From NCBI RefSeq assembly GCF_009914755.1, contig NC_060926.1: DNA of 64,000 nt; one strand, 5' to 3'. The position numbers were made by a program, and so were the translations under genes. The notes under the pieces are model-generated. The model worked only from the letters and a program-made list of their open reading frames with translations, made no database searches and was not told the DNA's origin. The DNA is from the human T2T-CHM13v2.0 reference genome, Homo sapiens. Below are positions 28,848-46,215 of the stretch, one piece after another (the first letter of the stretch is position 1; every line of letters begins with the position of its first letter).

Positions 28848-30101
28848 GTCAGTGCCAAACCGTGGCCTACACATGTCGTTTTGATGAGAGCACGCTGCTC
28901 CCAAGGCTATACCATGGCTCCTGGATATTGAGAGAGTTTTCAGATAAACATAAGTCACTTTGAATGGATTATTCTGGAAATAATTTCGTTAGCTCTGCCA
29001 CCAAATTGGCACTGCCCCATCATGAAATGTTTATTTTTCGAAGGCATTAAATATTTTTTTTTGTTCTCCTCATCGGAGAGGCAGATCGCTATCTGTGGTT
29101 TTAGGTCAGACAAGCCCTGCTCTGAATCTTGCCTCTGCTACTTAGTGATTGTGTACATTAGACAAATTAACATCCTCCCCACTTGAATTTCTGTAAAGTA
29201 GGAGTCATAGGATGTGCTACTTCAGGCCATTGAATTAAATGAAATAACGCATAAAACACGTCCACCTTGTTTTAGGCACAGAGGCTCAGTAAATGTTGTG
29301 TGTCGGACAAAGGGAAAAAAGGTATTTGTTGTCTCAAACCTAACTTTATGCCATTCATTTTATAATATTTTTATAAATGAGGTAATTTTATTACCTAACT
29401 GCACTGCTTTTCTTTTTAACCATAAAATGCTGAAATGGAGTCAAAGCTTTCATATTATTGTGAATGAGAAAAAACAAACACTTGAAAAAAGTTGAAACTT
29501 TAACGTGAAAAAACACCATCTTCAGTTTTATCACTGTAACAGAGCAACTTGTAGAAATTGTTTTGGATGTTTACAGCAAGGTAAACATCCAAAGGTCAGG
29601 GGATGAGTAATAAAGTATCTTCTGTTAGTTAATGGGGACAGTCAGCTAGAGAAGGGGACACTGTTACAGGAAATGAGACCTCGTTGAAGGTATGCATCAA
29701 AGGATGAGAAAATGCTGTTAGCCCTGAAATTGCTAATATTTTTTTAAAACACGAATTCTTAATAGCAAAGTGAAAAGTTTTACATTACATTTTTTAATAA
29801 GGGATAACAAAATCTCTTACATGTATTTCTGTGTGTTTATATTGTATATGAATGTATGAGTGCAGAAAATACTTGACTCACACTAGGTCATAATTTTATT
29901 TGTCAGTATATTGGAATATGGGGGTGGGGACCAAGTATAAAAGGAAATTTTCTATATATGTAAAATTAGATACGTACATGTATATGTAAATGTTCTTTAA
30001 AAAAACTATTAAAAACGGAAGCGATTCTTTAAAAGGTAGATTTCCTTTTATGTTGCAGTCATAGCCACGTAAGCAATGGACCTCATATTTTTTTTCAACA
30101 G

Positions 30102-30320
30102 GGAGCCTCTTAAACAGAATCTTACCTGTAAAACTCAGGAGCCGAGAAGCTTTAAGAACAGTGAGGTTGAAGGGCACAGGCTCTTGGTCCTTGGCAGCGA
30201 TATTAGGAGGCGTGCCTAGGGAACCTCGGATTCCGGGGAGCTGGACGTGAAACTCTGTGGTGGAATAGAAATCCTCAGGGCATGAGCTATACCTAAAACG
30301 TAATGGTATTAAGAATTCTG
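30102..30320 (+). other. RHBDD1: Candidate alternative 5'-UTR exon of RHBDD1
   Basis: Consensus donor CTG|GTAAGT at 30320/30321. Best acceptor is ttttttttcaacag|G at 30101; alternatives end at 30117 and 30138. Confidence 0.6.
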
Positions 30321-31658
30321 GTAAGTGGGATTCACAAACTTGTTCTGAAGACAATTTCCAAGGTTGTCAGCCATGTCACCATATGGATGGCTTCTCATGC
30401 AGAGGAGTGAGTGATTATTGAGAGAAAAAAAAACCCACCTGACCCGTATTTTACAAAGTAGGATTCTGTGCACTTTTTTGAGGAATTAGCTTTTTAAAAA
30501 ATCCCTCCAAGTTGTGACAGCTGTATCGCTATTAAAAGCTATTTGGCATTTTAACTGACTGTTGTTTAGGATTACAAATGACTCGGGGAAAAAGAAACAA
30601 GGAGTCAAAGGAAGTGTATTACTTGTGTTTATAGCCCTATCATTTTTTTGTTGTATGGAAGCAACTACTCTATATTTATATAGTAAAGTGTTTTTTTAGA
30701 GTTAATTTTTAGTTAATAATGAGCCTTCATAAGAAAAATAATTTCAAATGCTAAGTATTTGTTAGATTGTTACTAATAGTGGTAGTTAGTGATATTACAT
30801 TGTCTTTTTCACACATTGAAGAGGGTTTCCTGGTGACAGCTGGAGCTTGGGGGAGGGGGAGTTACTTTCAATCAACCAGCTGCTTTGTGGCAATATCATG
30901 ATGGTGATATTTCAAAGCCCATAGATAACTTTGGCTGTTTCAGGAAAGAAAATCTATCAAATTTCTGGGAAGCAACAGATAATGGGCAAGAGACCTTTGG
31001 GATCTACGTGATGGCCAACTAACAATGTGTGCATTCCGGTTTGCATGTTGGGGTTATTTACCATCTAGTTTCTTGGACATTGTTACATGCACCTCATAAT
31101 TACACAGTAATAGAATCTAGCTCTAAGGGCAGGAAAATCTCATTAAGGAGAGGAAAGGAGAGTGAAAAACCTTGGTGATGCACTGCACGCTTTAACATAA
31201 TACCCTATTTCATTTATTCTTGATGGTGATTCTAGAATGTAAGTGGAATTTTTTGCCATCTATGGATAAAGAAACAGAAGCTCTACAGTACTGGTTGTAT
31301 GATTTGCCCAAGGCCACATACTAGTACATGATGGCCTCCATATTTGACCCCAGATCTTCTGGCATTAGCTCTAGGAATGTTGTCATTACACCAACAGCTG
31401 TTTCTCCAGGTGTTAACTTGCTTATGCATTTTTAATGCAAAGTCACAATATCAGGATAGTAATGAATGAAATAAATATAAATGTTACTTACAATGACTTC
31501 AGTTTTATAAATAATATATAGGGGTGTGTGTGTGGACTTGTGTGTATGTGTGTTTTGGCAACTACATATAATTTGGGTTTTTTTTTTCTTAAGTAAAAAG
31601 TCTCTTGGGCAATACTGTGAAAAAAATTTCACTACGTTTTTTAAAAATATATTACTGA

Positions 31659-34761
<3,103 letters not shown>

Positions 34762-37154
34762 CAGCAGCTAAGTGAGCTCTTGAGGTTTGGGGAGACTTGG
34801 TAGATCTGGAAAACTCTTCAAATTAATGCTGTGAGAACCAGCTTCAAAAGTTGTTGGTCACATAGTTTCTCAGCACAACTTTTAAATTCCAGGGAAATAG
34901 TTATTATTCCAACTTTGGTCACTATCACCTTGGATCAGTATTGGAAATGGCACCCTTGATTGATAGCTGCCCCCCGCCCCCCGGCCCCTTGCCAAAGACC
35001 GCATCCAATGGGAGTGGGAGACAGATTCCTGTTACTGAAAGAATGAAGTATTGATGCTATGCAGGCAAAAAGCCCTAAGCTGTTCCCTATCACTTAATAA
35101 TTTGTGGACATCCCATGTGGTTTGTGGTAATATAACATATATTTGAAGCATGGCATGCTTTTCCCCCTTTTCACTAGTTGTTGTGCAGGGAAGACTTGAG
35201 TTACATAAATAATTCACAAACACTTCTTACACAGATTAATTTAAATGAGAGCAGGGAGTGGTGGTAGCTCTCATTTTTTCATTGACTTTAGGTAGACAAA
35301 GAAATCTGGTGCAGAGTAAACCTGAATATGGAACTACTTAAATCCTGTTGAAGGAGCGATCATGGGACGCTGGCATTGCTGTTCCCTGTGTGCCTCCTGG
35401 TTTAAAAACCTAGGTCTGAAGGGCTGTCAGTTGGAGAACTTTAATGAGCCCTCATTACACTAAACCGTGTGGTTTATGAGAGAAGAAACTGGCTTATGAT
35501 TGATACTGGAAATCATAAATGGTGATGGGTCAGAATTGGAGTTGGCACTAATTCACCTAGCAGTGGAGCAAAATTTAAGATTATATACAAAATCTGGTAA
35601 TTTCATTTTTTAGCCATTATTTTTTATGTATAAATATAGTCTAATCATTTTCATTTATACTATATAACACTTTTAAAAGGTGGAGAAAGAATTTTGCCAG
35701 CTGATGCTGACATTTTTTTTTTCTTCCTAAAATGGAGGCTTATTAAATTCTCAAATCATCAGATAATCTTGACAGAGATCCTGGTTTGAGATTTTACATA
35801 AAGTTTATTTTAATGAAAAACATAATTTCTGCTTTCAGGTTTCTTCTCTATATTTGTTATACTTTTTAAAAAATGCATGTGTAATTTAATCACACTATGC
35901 AGTTTTAAAATGTAGGGTCACAGAAAGTCATGGAAAATGCTAATTAGTTACTATGTTATCACAAAAACATTTTAAAACTATTTTAAGTCTGATTTGTCAC
36001 AATTTGTGATTTTGTGTAATAAATATATATACATATATAATCCCATTTAATCCTTGTGAAACCAAATGAGCCTATGTTATCTTTTACAAGTGAAACTCTG
36101 AAGGTTAACTTTCCTAAGAGCACGTGGCTGGTGTATCGTAGAGCCAAGGACCATGCCCTTAACTGCTGTCCTATGCTGCATATGTTAATATTGCCACCCT
36201 TGTATATAATTTTGGCAAAAAGCACTGGGACATTTCTTTTCCCAAAGCCCATCTCTTTACTTTCAGTTCCCTGACAACTTCTTTATATTCTGAAACTGTT
36301 AAAATGTGTTGTATTATCCATCATCTTGTGCTTCTGTTTGTTGGGAATGTGGCAACAGCTCCTGTATTGCAGCAGTGTGCCCTGTGAAGCCATTTGTTCT
36401 TTATGTCTTAGAGCAGCCTGACAGCCTTTCGTGTTAAATTCAGCAAGATTGCTTTTCATTTAACAAAGCTGAATGTTGCTTTCTAGGTGAAAAATAATTA
36501 AATGCTTTTAAAGATATATTTGATTAACAGGAAGCTGATCTGTGTAAATTAATTATAACCATAATGATGTCATAGCCTTGTCTTTTGTTATTAGCCAGGT
36601 AATTGACCAGAAGTTTAGAAGCTTATTGTAACTGACAGTTAGTAGTTTGACCTTGTGTGCTGTCTGAAAGTGAAACATGCACAATGAATGTAAATGCAAT
36701 TTGTTCATTGAGCTGCATGTGCTGTCAGAACATCTGATCTTGGGTTCTTGTTTTTATTTTTCCATTATTTCTTTGTTGAAATTGGTGGTCAGGATTATAT
36801 ACTCACAGTGAATATTATATGTATTTATCTTACTAAAAGCATCTGGCCAAACGCAATGTTGCTTGTGTCCTGGAATAACTATAATCAGACTTGAAACCTT
36901 GGCACATTTAAGACATGCAGTCAAATAAACAAATGCCAAAATTAAATGAATCTCATTTTTAAAGTTTGTATGAAGGATAGTAAAACAACTTTTGGTAGAG
37001 AAATCAGAAAAGGAAAAATAGGGGCATATTTGATAGAGAATTTATCCCCTCTAATTCTGATTTTTCTGAGAAAATTAAAAGCATTTGGTATTTTGAATAT
37101 TTGAGTAATGAAAACTTCCAGCTTTTGTAGGTTTGATTAAAGAATGGAAGTGTA

Positions 37155-37458
37155 GGCCGCGTACAGTGTCTCACGCCTGTAATCCCAGCACTTTGGGAGG
37201 CTGAGGCAGGTGGATCACCTCAGGTCAGGAGTTAAAGACCAGCCTGGCCAACATGGTGAAACCTTGTCTCTACTAAAACTGCAAAAATTAACCAGGCATG
37301 GTGGCGGGTGCCTGTAGTCCCAGCTACTCAGGAGGCTGAGGCAGGAGAATTGCTTGAACCCGGGAGTGATTCAGCTCAGCAGTGAGCTGAAATCGTGCCA
37401 TTGCACTCCAGCCTGGGCAACAAGATTGAAATGCCATCTCAAAAAAAAAAAAAAAAAA
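37155..37458 (+). mobile_element. AluS element
   Basis: Alu dimer with A tail; flanks ggaagtgta / ggaaatgta. Confidence 0.95.
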
Positions 37459-39989
37459 GGAAATGTAAGAGTAAAACATGGAGAACATGGAGTAGAAGTG
37501 GGATAATAATGAATGACAATCAGCCATTATTAAATGGTTAAAAAATATGTAAGTACTATATATGTAAGTAAATGTGGCATTTTACCTTCAAAAGTCCTGA
37601 CCTTTGCTTGTGGAAGTAGTTGTCAGAATTGCAGCTTATGAATTTTTGTCAAGTAGTGGAAGGAGGGTTTTGTCAAGTAGTGAATGGAAAGTTGTTAACT
37701 GCACATGTGGATAGGTATAGCTCATAATGTACTCTGTGAACTGGGGTAACTGATAGATGTTTGAAATGTATAAAATTGTTCATTTTGTGAATTTCTGTGC
37801 AGTTTGCCTCAGCAGGGTGCAGTTTTCTGCATGCATCAAAAGTGAAATTTGCACTTCTGCTCAAATTATTCCCTAATATACAAGTTGCATTTGAGCAAAT
37901 TTTTTCATTTCAAAACAAGCATTATAGTGGAGCAGAATGGAGCATACTAGTTACTTCTACTTCCCTAAACATTATCGTATTTTATGTCTCTATGGTAACA
38001 GCACATGCATGCTATTTTCTTTCTTTAAAATACCTTTCTTTCATCCACTTTTTATCTTTCAAAGCCTGGCTGGGGTGAAGAAACTTCCCTAAGGTCTTCT
38101 CTGAATTACATTGACTTAACATTTTCAATATTGACATATATTTTTATTATTTGCCCATTTCCAAAAAGTATCTGCTTTAGATGACATAAGACACAAGCTT
38201 GTAGTAAAGAAAGAAAACAGCAAACCCAAATGGTTGAGTGGCTCTCAGCAGAGGAAAGCATATTCATTTATTAGGCAAACTTAAGCTTTTTCTAGCTCTG
38301 ATGAGATTTTGCATGAGAAACATTGTCTGAATGGTGCTTCACAACAATATGAAGATGATTCTTTGAGTGAGACCTATGTCAAGGCCTCTAATGTTAGATT
38401 ATATCTGCAAACGTCATTCTACAAAGGCAAAATGACCTGAACTGACCATGCAGCTTTCAGTGATCTGGCAAAACACAGGGATAGTGATCCTTTATACTAG
38501 AAATTCTTAAAAGGTAGAAAAGCAGTTTTCGCCTCTCTGTGAATTCTCTCTCAGAGTAAACCTTGCTTTGCAGGGTAGGGCTTGGGGGTGAAGGAAAGCC
38601 AAGCATGGAACGCCTTGCAACTCCCCAATCCCCTAAAGTCCTCCCAGCCAGAATCCTAGCCAGCCAGATGCCTGGCCCTGGTAGGAGAAAGTTGGAGAAG
38701 GTATGGGTGCTTTTGTTCCTCAGCTTCTCTATTTATATAGAATACATTCTAAGATGAGAAAAATATAAATTTGAATTCTTGTTACTTTTTTAAAATCTTG
38801 ATTTTTAAAACGGATTTTTTTTTAAGCTGTGACTGTGATAACAATTACCAAAAGAAGTTCGGTATTTGCACATTACTTGGTAATATTCTCTATAGTATTC
38901 TATGCTATGTAGATCTACAAATTGACTTGTCCTCAAGAAAACAGTTACAATTGATGTAGAATATAAGTTTTACATAGTGAGATTTTCTATATTTGAAATG
39001 TTTTAAAAATGCATGAATATCTTAACATGTGTAATGGAAGTCACCAGGTACCTTTCTTGGGAAAGACTATTCCTATGCCAAGATGATGTCCTCCCTAATT
39101 TTTTGATAGTCAAAGTGTCATATCTTACTAGTAGACAGTTGGGGGTGACTTCTGGTCTCAGCTCTGACACATAAAGATACTGGAAGTCATTGTCACAATA
39201 AGAAAAAAGCTGGACAAACTGAAAATCAAATACTTTTCTTAGGTCCCTCAGATAATTGAGGTCACAAGTCAAATCACCACTCTGAAATCTGAAAGGCTCA
39301 TGTAAAGAATCAGCCAAGATCAGCTTACCAGAAGCCACTAAAGACAGTAACCAGTAGGGACTCTTAAATGGTAATTTTGGTGAGTTGGTAAATTTGGTGG
39401 GACTCTGAGTGTAGACTAGCTTGAGAATTAAGAACTCTTTTCTGCAGACAAACCAGACCAGAATTTCATTTTAAGGACAGAGCCTTGGGAGCCGATTATT
39501 TTGATTAAAATCCCTGCTCATCTATAAAATGGTTAATAATAATACCTAATTTATAAAGTTTAGAGGATTGAATAGGGTAATCATGTAAAGTTTGAGAGCA
39601 GTTCTACTACAGATTAACTAGTAATGTGGTTGTATGTCACTTTGGCTCGTGGTTTGGCTTTTTGTGTTTTAGAATAACTATCAATCAGTAGCAAAATGGG
39701 ATTTCTTTTTCAGTCATTAAAAAATAGCTGTGATTTATTGAGTGATTACTGTATGCCTGGCATTATTCTAAGAATCTCAATGTTTTAGATCATTTAGTTT
39801 GTATAAGAACTTTAGGATCAGATTTAGCTATTATTATGACTCCATCTTACATGGTGGGAAACTGAGACTTAGATTAAGTGACGTGGGCAGGGCCACATAG
39901 CTCTTAATGCTAAAGCCAGTCAGTAGGACCAATTTAGGTTCCAGATTGTATGCTCTTAAACTCCAAGGTATAAGGAAAACACACCATTT

Positions 39990-40742
39990 GGAAGAGATGA
40001 TGAAGATTCCCTGGTGACATCCTACTGGCACCGGTGGAGCGAGCATATGTGCAGGAAGCATTTGGGAGGTTAGTGAGCACTGGCATGGGCAGGGAGCTTG
40101 TCAGGAGGGAGTCAGGTTGGGAGCTGGCTTTGAGGATTGGGAAGGAATTGAATGGGTTGGTGGAGGCAGGTGTGTGTCTCAGGCTAAGGTGTGATGGTAG
40201 CATTGCCCTCAGGCTCCACCTACATCCCCTTGCCCTTAGGGGGCATTCCAGCAGGCTTCTAGCCTCCAGACCCTGCATTTCTTTGATGAAGTGCTTTCTC
40301 TGGCCCCGGATGTCCTCTTTGCCTTCTATGACAACACAGCAACGACAGAGAGTCAAGGCAGACTCCCTTGCCCTGTGGGCATAACACTGAATCATATCTA
40401 TGCCTATATCTATATCTATATAATCTGTATCTATATCTATATATCTATATCATCTGTATCTATATCTATATATCTATATCTATATCTATTCCAGCTTTCA
40501 GAGTTCCCCAGTGAGATTAAGCTCCAGTCATTCACAGTGATAGCTCTTTTGAGAATATATATATTTTCTGTCTCTCTCTCTCTACATATATATGTGTAGA
40601 TATTTATTTATTTTTTACATCTTGCCATTCCTGTCTTGCTTCCCTATTCCCCAGTCAGTGTGTTGGTCACCTCCCAAATAAGTGACTTCCACAGGGACCC
40701 TTGTCTTAGATTCTGCTTTTTGGGGAAGCCCAGACTAAAACA
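39990..40742 (+). mobile_element. ERVL-type LTR remnant (LTR16/LTR33-like)
   Basis: 3' end cacctcccaaataa ... ttctgctttttggggaagcccagactaaaaca resembles ERVL LTR ends; family and 5' boundary uncertain. Confidence 0.45.
40395..40490. repeat. (TATATC)n / (TATC)n imperfect microsatellite
   Basis: Directly visible tandem units. Confidence 0.95.
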
Positions 40743-43059
40743 GTAATGCACAATAATAATATCAACAACGAAGGGCTGCATTTGTTAAGGACGTGCTAAC
40801 TGAATGTCTACTGACCTGTTTTACAGATTGGGAAACAGACGGGGGTTGATGAGATAATTTGCTCAAGGTAACTAACACAATGAATAGACTGGCCAAGTGG
40901 TCTTGAGTCAAGAGTGGCTTGATGCTAGTCAGCCATCTTAACCACCTCTTGGCACTTGAGCAAACACCTAAAGACAAACATGATCTGATTGGGAAACCAG
41001 TCGTAGGAGAGTAATAGAAAATAAGGTTAAATACTCAGTGTCTTAAATTTAATTTCTGCGGTTTCAGAGAGGTCTTTTAGCAAGGGTCCTCTATCCTGCC
41101 ATTACAACAATGCACAAAGGGTTTCATTTTATTTTTTTTTATTCTTTTAAAACTGTTCGGGTTGGATTTATGGCATCAGAATGACCCCAGTTAATCTGGA
41201 GTTTTGAACTTGTTTTTCCCAGTTAGGAAAGTACAGAGAGGAGCAAAACCTAGCTGCCCTTCTGAGATGGTGCCATCCTGGTCTCAAATGTGGACATGCA
41301 GGATTCTAGGTGGTGTCTATAGGCAAGATGACATTACACTATCCCCCTTTCCAGAAGTTCTAATCCATAGGAAATCTAAGACAGAGTGATTTTTAAGAGG
41401 CTCTGTGCACATGTATGATTTTCTGAGGTCCCTTGTAGATTCCACTAAGATTGTGTGAAATCCACCCAGCAAATCCCAGCAAATGGGCAACAGTAAATGA
41501 ATAAAAGTGTTTGTATGCATAAAAGGACTCCTATTTGCTACAGAATCTTCCATGAGACTTCTTTGGTGACCATGAGAAAAGGAAAGCTGGGGTAGTTCCA
41601 TACAACTCTATTACGTGTGTTTTTCTAAATCTACATCCTTAGTCACCCTAGGGGGTTGAAGCATTGTCTCCTCTCTGATTATGTTCAGGAAATAAAACAA
41701 CTTAACTCCTTTGAAACAAGGAACAAGAAGTGTGCCCTATGCCTTTCTTTCTGTTTTTCTCTGAGCCTAATAACTCTGCCTCACCTGTGGAAGATGGTCA
41801 GTATGTTATTTGTTTTGGGTCCCATTGATGACCTTGTTAACATTCAGCCTCTTCCAGTAAGGAAGACGCTAAACTTTTTTCCATCAAGGAGAGTTGATAA
41901 ATTCCTCTCCATTTCTCTCTGTGTGTTTCCATGTCTCTTTCTCCATCTATGTCTCTGCATTTGGGGTATGTGTGGGTTCTAAACACATACCCCCCCAATG
42001 CAGAGACAACAGATGGAGAAAGATTTTCAGTCTTAAGACTAGAATTAGAGTTCCTGAGCTCCGTGTGCAGCAGAGCAACTTGATGATCCAACTGAGCCTA
42101 AAGAAACCAGTTGTTCAGGAGGTTGATGACCTTGAATATCCAGGACCACAAATCTAGGAGCCGAATTAGGATGGGCAGAATCAGGACAACTAGCAAAAGT
42201 AGAGGTGGAAGCGTCACCTCTCTGGGAAATAGTCCCTCCAGTTATTTTTTATCATCTTTGCTTTTTTTTAACCTCAAGTTTCCAAATTGCCTGGGGATCC
42301 CCTGCACCTCGCTCACCACTACCAAGGCCTCATCTTTTCCTCTCACTTTGGCAAAAGTCTCTAGTCCCTTGGAATGAATTAATTGTGAATCTTATACCTT
42401 CACTCTGTGTAATTTAGTTAAACTGACACATGAGCCTTTTTGTTGTTGTTGCTATTGTTGTTGAAAGTAGTTTAGAGCATTTCCTAAATCTGCAGTTCCC
42501 TTCCTCAGCCTTTTGCCTTTACCTGAAACCAATGCTCATGTAGTTCCTTTGGATCTTTTACCCTCAACAGCCAGTCGTCAGTGTAGTAAAGCTTGGCGTT
42601 TGTTGCGGTGGTGTTGGTGGCTTTTTGTTGGCTTGTTTTACCTTTTAGTTCTTCAGCCATTCTATCCTCCTCCTCAGTGGCAAGGCCAGCACGGTTGCTG
42701 AAGTCCTCAGTTTAGCCATGTGTACTTTCTACCCTGCCATATTTCCTCTTCAGTGAAATTGATCTCGCCTTTCTGTAAACACTCTGAATCAATCTGACTG
42801 CTTCTTGAATTTTGTTGAATCCGTAGGATAGAACTGATGATCAAGTCCTAACTTGACAGTTTCTTTTGGTGATTGTATTTATTGCCTTGGACCTGCATTT
42901 CTGAGGCTTAGAATAGATGATAGTATCATTTGAAATCACTTTCCCATAGTTAATTTAAAGTTCCGTTTTTATAGCTGCCACCTTTGTTTCGCCGCAGTAA
43001 TTTTTGTGTTTACAAAAATAAATTTTATAAAAATGTCTGTGTGCAATGGCTCCAGAAAT

Positions 43060-43381
43060 TCTGGTGACTCTAGAATACCTAAAGTGATGGTACAAGGATA
43101 TGGCACCTTTGGCAGGTTATTAGGTCATGAGAGTGGACCCCTCATGAATTGGATTAGTGTCCTTATGAAATGGACCCCAGAGAGCTCTCTTGCTCTCTTT
43201 CTACCATGTGAGTATATAACAGAAAAGCAGCTCACAACCCATAAGAGGGCCCTCACCAGAACCCAACCATTCTTGTACCCTGATGTCACACTTCCAGCCT
43301 GCAGAACTGTGAGAAATAAATTTCTGTTGTTTGTAATCATCCTGTCTATGGTACTTAGTTATAGCAGCCTGAACTAAGACA
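43060..43381 (+). mobile_element. MST/MLT1A-like LTR fragment
   Basis: ttaggtcatgagagtggacccctcatgaat ... cttccagcctgcagaactgtgagaaataaatttctgttg ... gaactaagaca. Confidence 0.8.
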
Positions 43382-43479
43382 ATTGCCAGAAACAATATCT
43401 AACTCAAAATTTATTGCTCTACCTTGTCTCTTTTAGTAAGATCTTATTTTTTAAATTTAATTAATCTTATTTTATTTTT

Positions 43480-43600
43480 AGCTATCCACTATCATAGCTC
43501 ACCACAGCCTCAAAGTCCTAGGCTCAAGTGATCCTCCTGCCTCAGCCTCCTAAGTACCTAGGATTATAGGTGTGTGCCACTGCACCTGGCTAATTTATTA

Positions 43601-43647
<47 letters not shown>

Positions 43648-43768
43648 TGTAGAGATGAGGTCTTGCTATGTTTTCCAGGCTGGTCTTGAATTCCTGGCCT
43701 CAAGCAGTCCTCCTACATTGGCCTTACAAAATGCTGGGATTATAGGCGAGAGCCACTGAGCCAAGCCT
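43480..43768 (-). mobile_element. AluJ, partial, with a (TTA)n expansion in its linker (43595-43647)
   Basis: Antisense Alu; the microsatellite explains the poly-Leu ORF at 43574. Confidence 0.9.
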
Positions 43769-45009
43769 GCAGATTTTCTTTTCTTATTATTAAATTCTAA
43801 TTAAATTTTACACTGCATATTACAGATGGATGTTGAGCTAAAATGAAGCATTGTTTTGGTCCCTTTTACTACTTTTAAAACATTCAAACTTCAGCTTATC
43901 CTCCAGGAAGCATTTATGTGAAAGAAAAGTCACTGACATCTCTTCTAAATGTTCCTGGTCTAGTGACTTAAGTTAAAAAATATTGGCCACGAAGCAGAAC
44001 ATTGAACTATTTCCTGGCATGCCTCTAGATCACAGCCTAGAATTTTAGAAGATTTTTATTTAACTACTTATAGCCATTTGAGGCATCTGGTACATGCTGT
44101 GGAAGTGCAGAATGTGGAACTCGGCTTTCTTGAGGCAGGCCAGGCTGCTGGGGCGGCTCACAGGCATAGGGGTCTCGCAAGGGTCACAGCTGGGAGGCAG
44201 GAAACTGCAGGGCTTCACGGCGGAACAGCACTGTCTGGTGGGAAGAGCTGAGTTTGAGTCCTTATACTCCAGCTTCTGGGCATCATCACCTTGGTTTCTT
44301 TATCTGTGTAATAAAGTGGAATTTCTGTCTGTCTTTCATGGTTTCACACCAAAACTACTGGAAGGACTTTTACTAAATTGGGCACAAGATGTAATGTGTG
44401 GGATGCATGTGAAATTTACTTTCGTCCCCTCTTGTGGTGAGAGAGTCCATGTGACTGCCCATCTGTGGGAATGGCCTTGCTTATTAAGCACGTTGGACAG
44501 AGAAAGTGAAGGACTGAAATTTCAGCATCCCCAGAAAGTCTGAAGGGCCGAAGCTCCATGGATGTACATCTCACGTGGGCAACTCTACGGAGTGTGCTTT
44601 AGAATGGGCAGCTGGACAGTTAAGTGATTTTCTTGGCCGGTGGTGGGTAGACCCGCTAATCGATAAGGTGGAACTAATTTCTTCTACAGGATTGTGAGAA
44701 TTAAGTGAAATGAAGCAAATTGTATGTAATTACTTTTAAACTATAATTGCATAAAAGTTATTATTGGGAGGTATGTAAATATTATAAGACCTTGATTCCT
44801 GGGATGAATAGCTTGAAGTTGATCAGATGATGTTGATAAATATTTAATATCTGCTAATACTTATATGGTACTTATGTTTCAGGCATTATTCTAAGTGTTT
44901 TACCTATATTACTCATCAACAACTCTATGAGGTGGTCCTTATTATTATTTAGTATCTGTTTTATAAATGAGGAGACTGAGGTAGAGATTGATTAACAACT
45001 TAACCTAAG

Positions 45010-45318
45010 GGCCGGGCGTGGTGGCTCACACCTGTAATCCCAGCACTTTAGGAGGCTGAGGCAGGCGGATCACCCAAGGTTAGGGGTTCAAAACCAGACT
45101 GGCCAACATGGTGAAACCCTGTCTCTACTAAAAAATACAAAAATTAGCTGGGTATGCTGGCGCGCGCCTGTAATCCTAGCTACTCAGGAGGTTGAGGCAG
45201 AATAATTGCTTAAACCTGGGAGGCGGAGGTTGCAGTGAGCCAAGATCGCAGATCGCACCACTGCACACCAGCCTGGGTGACAGAGCCAGACTCTGTTTCG
45301 AAAAAAAAAAAAAAAAAA
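45010..45318 (+). mobile_element. AluS inserted in a MIR
   Basis: Alu dimer with A tail. MIR text on both sides (ataaatgaggagactgagg ... ggatttgaacctaag). Confidence 0.93.
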
Positions 45319-45924
45319 GGCGCTTACCTAATGTCATATAGCTCCCAAGCAATTAAGCAGGATTTGAACCTAAGTCATTTGACTCCAGAGTCCATTCCAT
45401 TAATTATGACACTATTCATCGTTTTTTTAAATCTACTTAAAGATATTTTTTCCATAAAGAGTATCACTACCTGAGATACTATGCAGTGTTTTAACCATGA
45501 ATATAGAAAGTCATTGAGTGGATTGAGGTGGGGGGCACAACATAGTGAAATTGGATTTTAAGCAAATTGAGTCAGGTGCTGTGTAAGTAGACTAGGGGAA
45601 GAGTGTAAGGTGATAAAGGCCTGATTTCTGTTGAGATCTTTCAGTGTATAATACATGTTCTTATTAATGGCTTATCTGTCTAGAACATTCTTCATATGTC
45701 CAATTTAGTGGTCTTAAATCCCAACTCCTCAGAGGTTACATATTTTGCCTATACATGCCTTCCACATGGGTGGCACTGATACTAAAGGCAGGCTATTATA
45801 AAGGACATCTGGACATTATCCCACTAAGGGATCAGAAATTTTGTATTTGTATTCATCTGGGGAGATGGTGTATGAAGGAAAAAAGGAAGGAGGAGCTTTT
45901 ATGTCTTAAGAACTCTAGGTTTGA

Positions 45925-46215
45925 GCTTGGGTATGGTGGCTCACACCTGTAATCTCAATACTTTGGGAGGCCAAAGTGGGAGGATTGCTTGAAGCAAGGC
46001 GCTCAAGAGCAGCCTGGACAACACAGCAAGACCCCATCTCTACAAAAAATAAAAAACTAGCTGGGTGTGGTGACACTTGCATGTAGTCCCAGCTTGGGAG
46101 GCTGCAGTGGGAGGACCACTTGAGCCTAGGAATTCAAGGCTGCTGTGAGCTATGATTGTACCACTGCACTCCAGCCTGGCAGCAGAATGAGACCCTGTCT
46201 CTAAAAAACAAAAAA
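45925..46215 (+). mobile_element. AluJ element
   Basis: J-type gggaggattgcttga and gagctatgattgtaccactgcac; flanks ctctaggtttga on both sides. Confidence 0.9.

Noticed and set aside
28996-29015. CTCF-like tgccaccaaattggcactg
   Set aside because: Core spacing is off by one base and key G positions are missing.
29896-30354. 152-aa antisense ORF over the candidate UTR exon
   Set aside because: Non-ATG start, no family resemblance, low-complexity AT-rich tail.
39934-44543. 100-150 aa ORFs near 39.9-40.6 kb, 43.0 kb and 44.1 kb
   Set aside because: They overlap LTR, MIR or microsatellite sequence, and show no recognisable protein motif or convincing exon structure.
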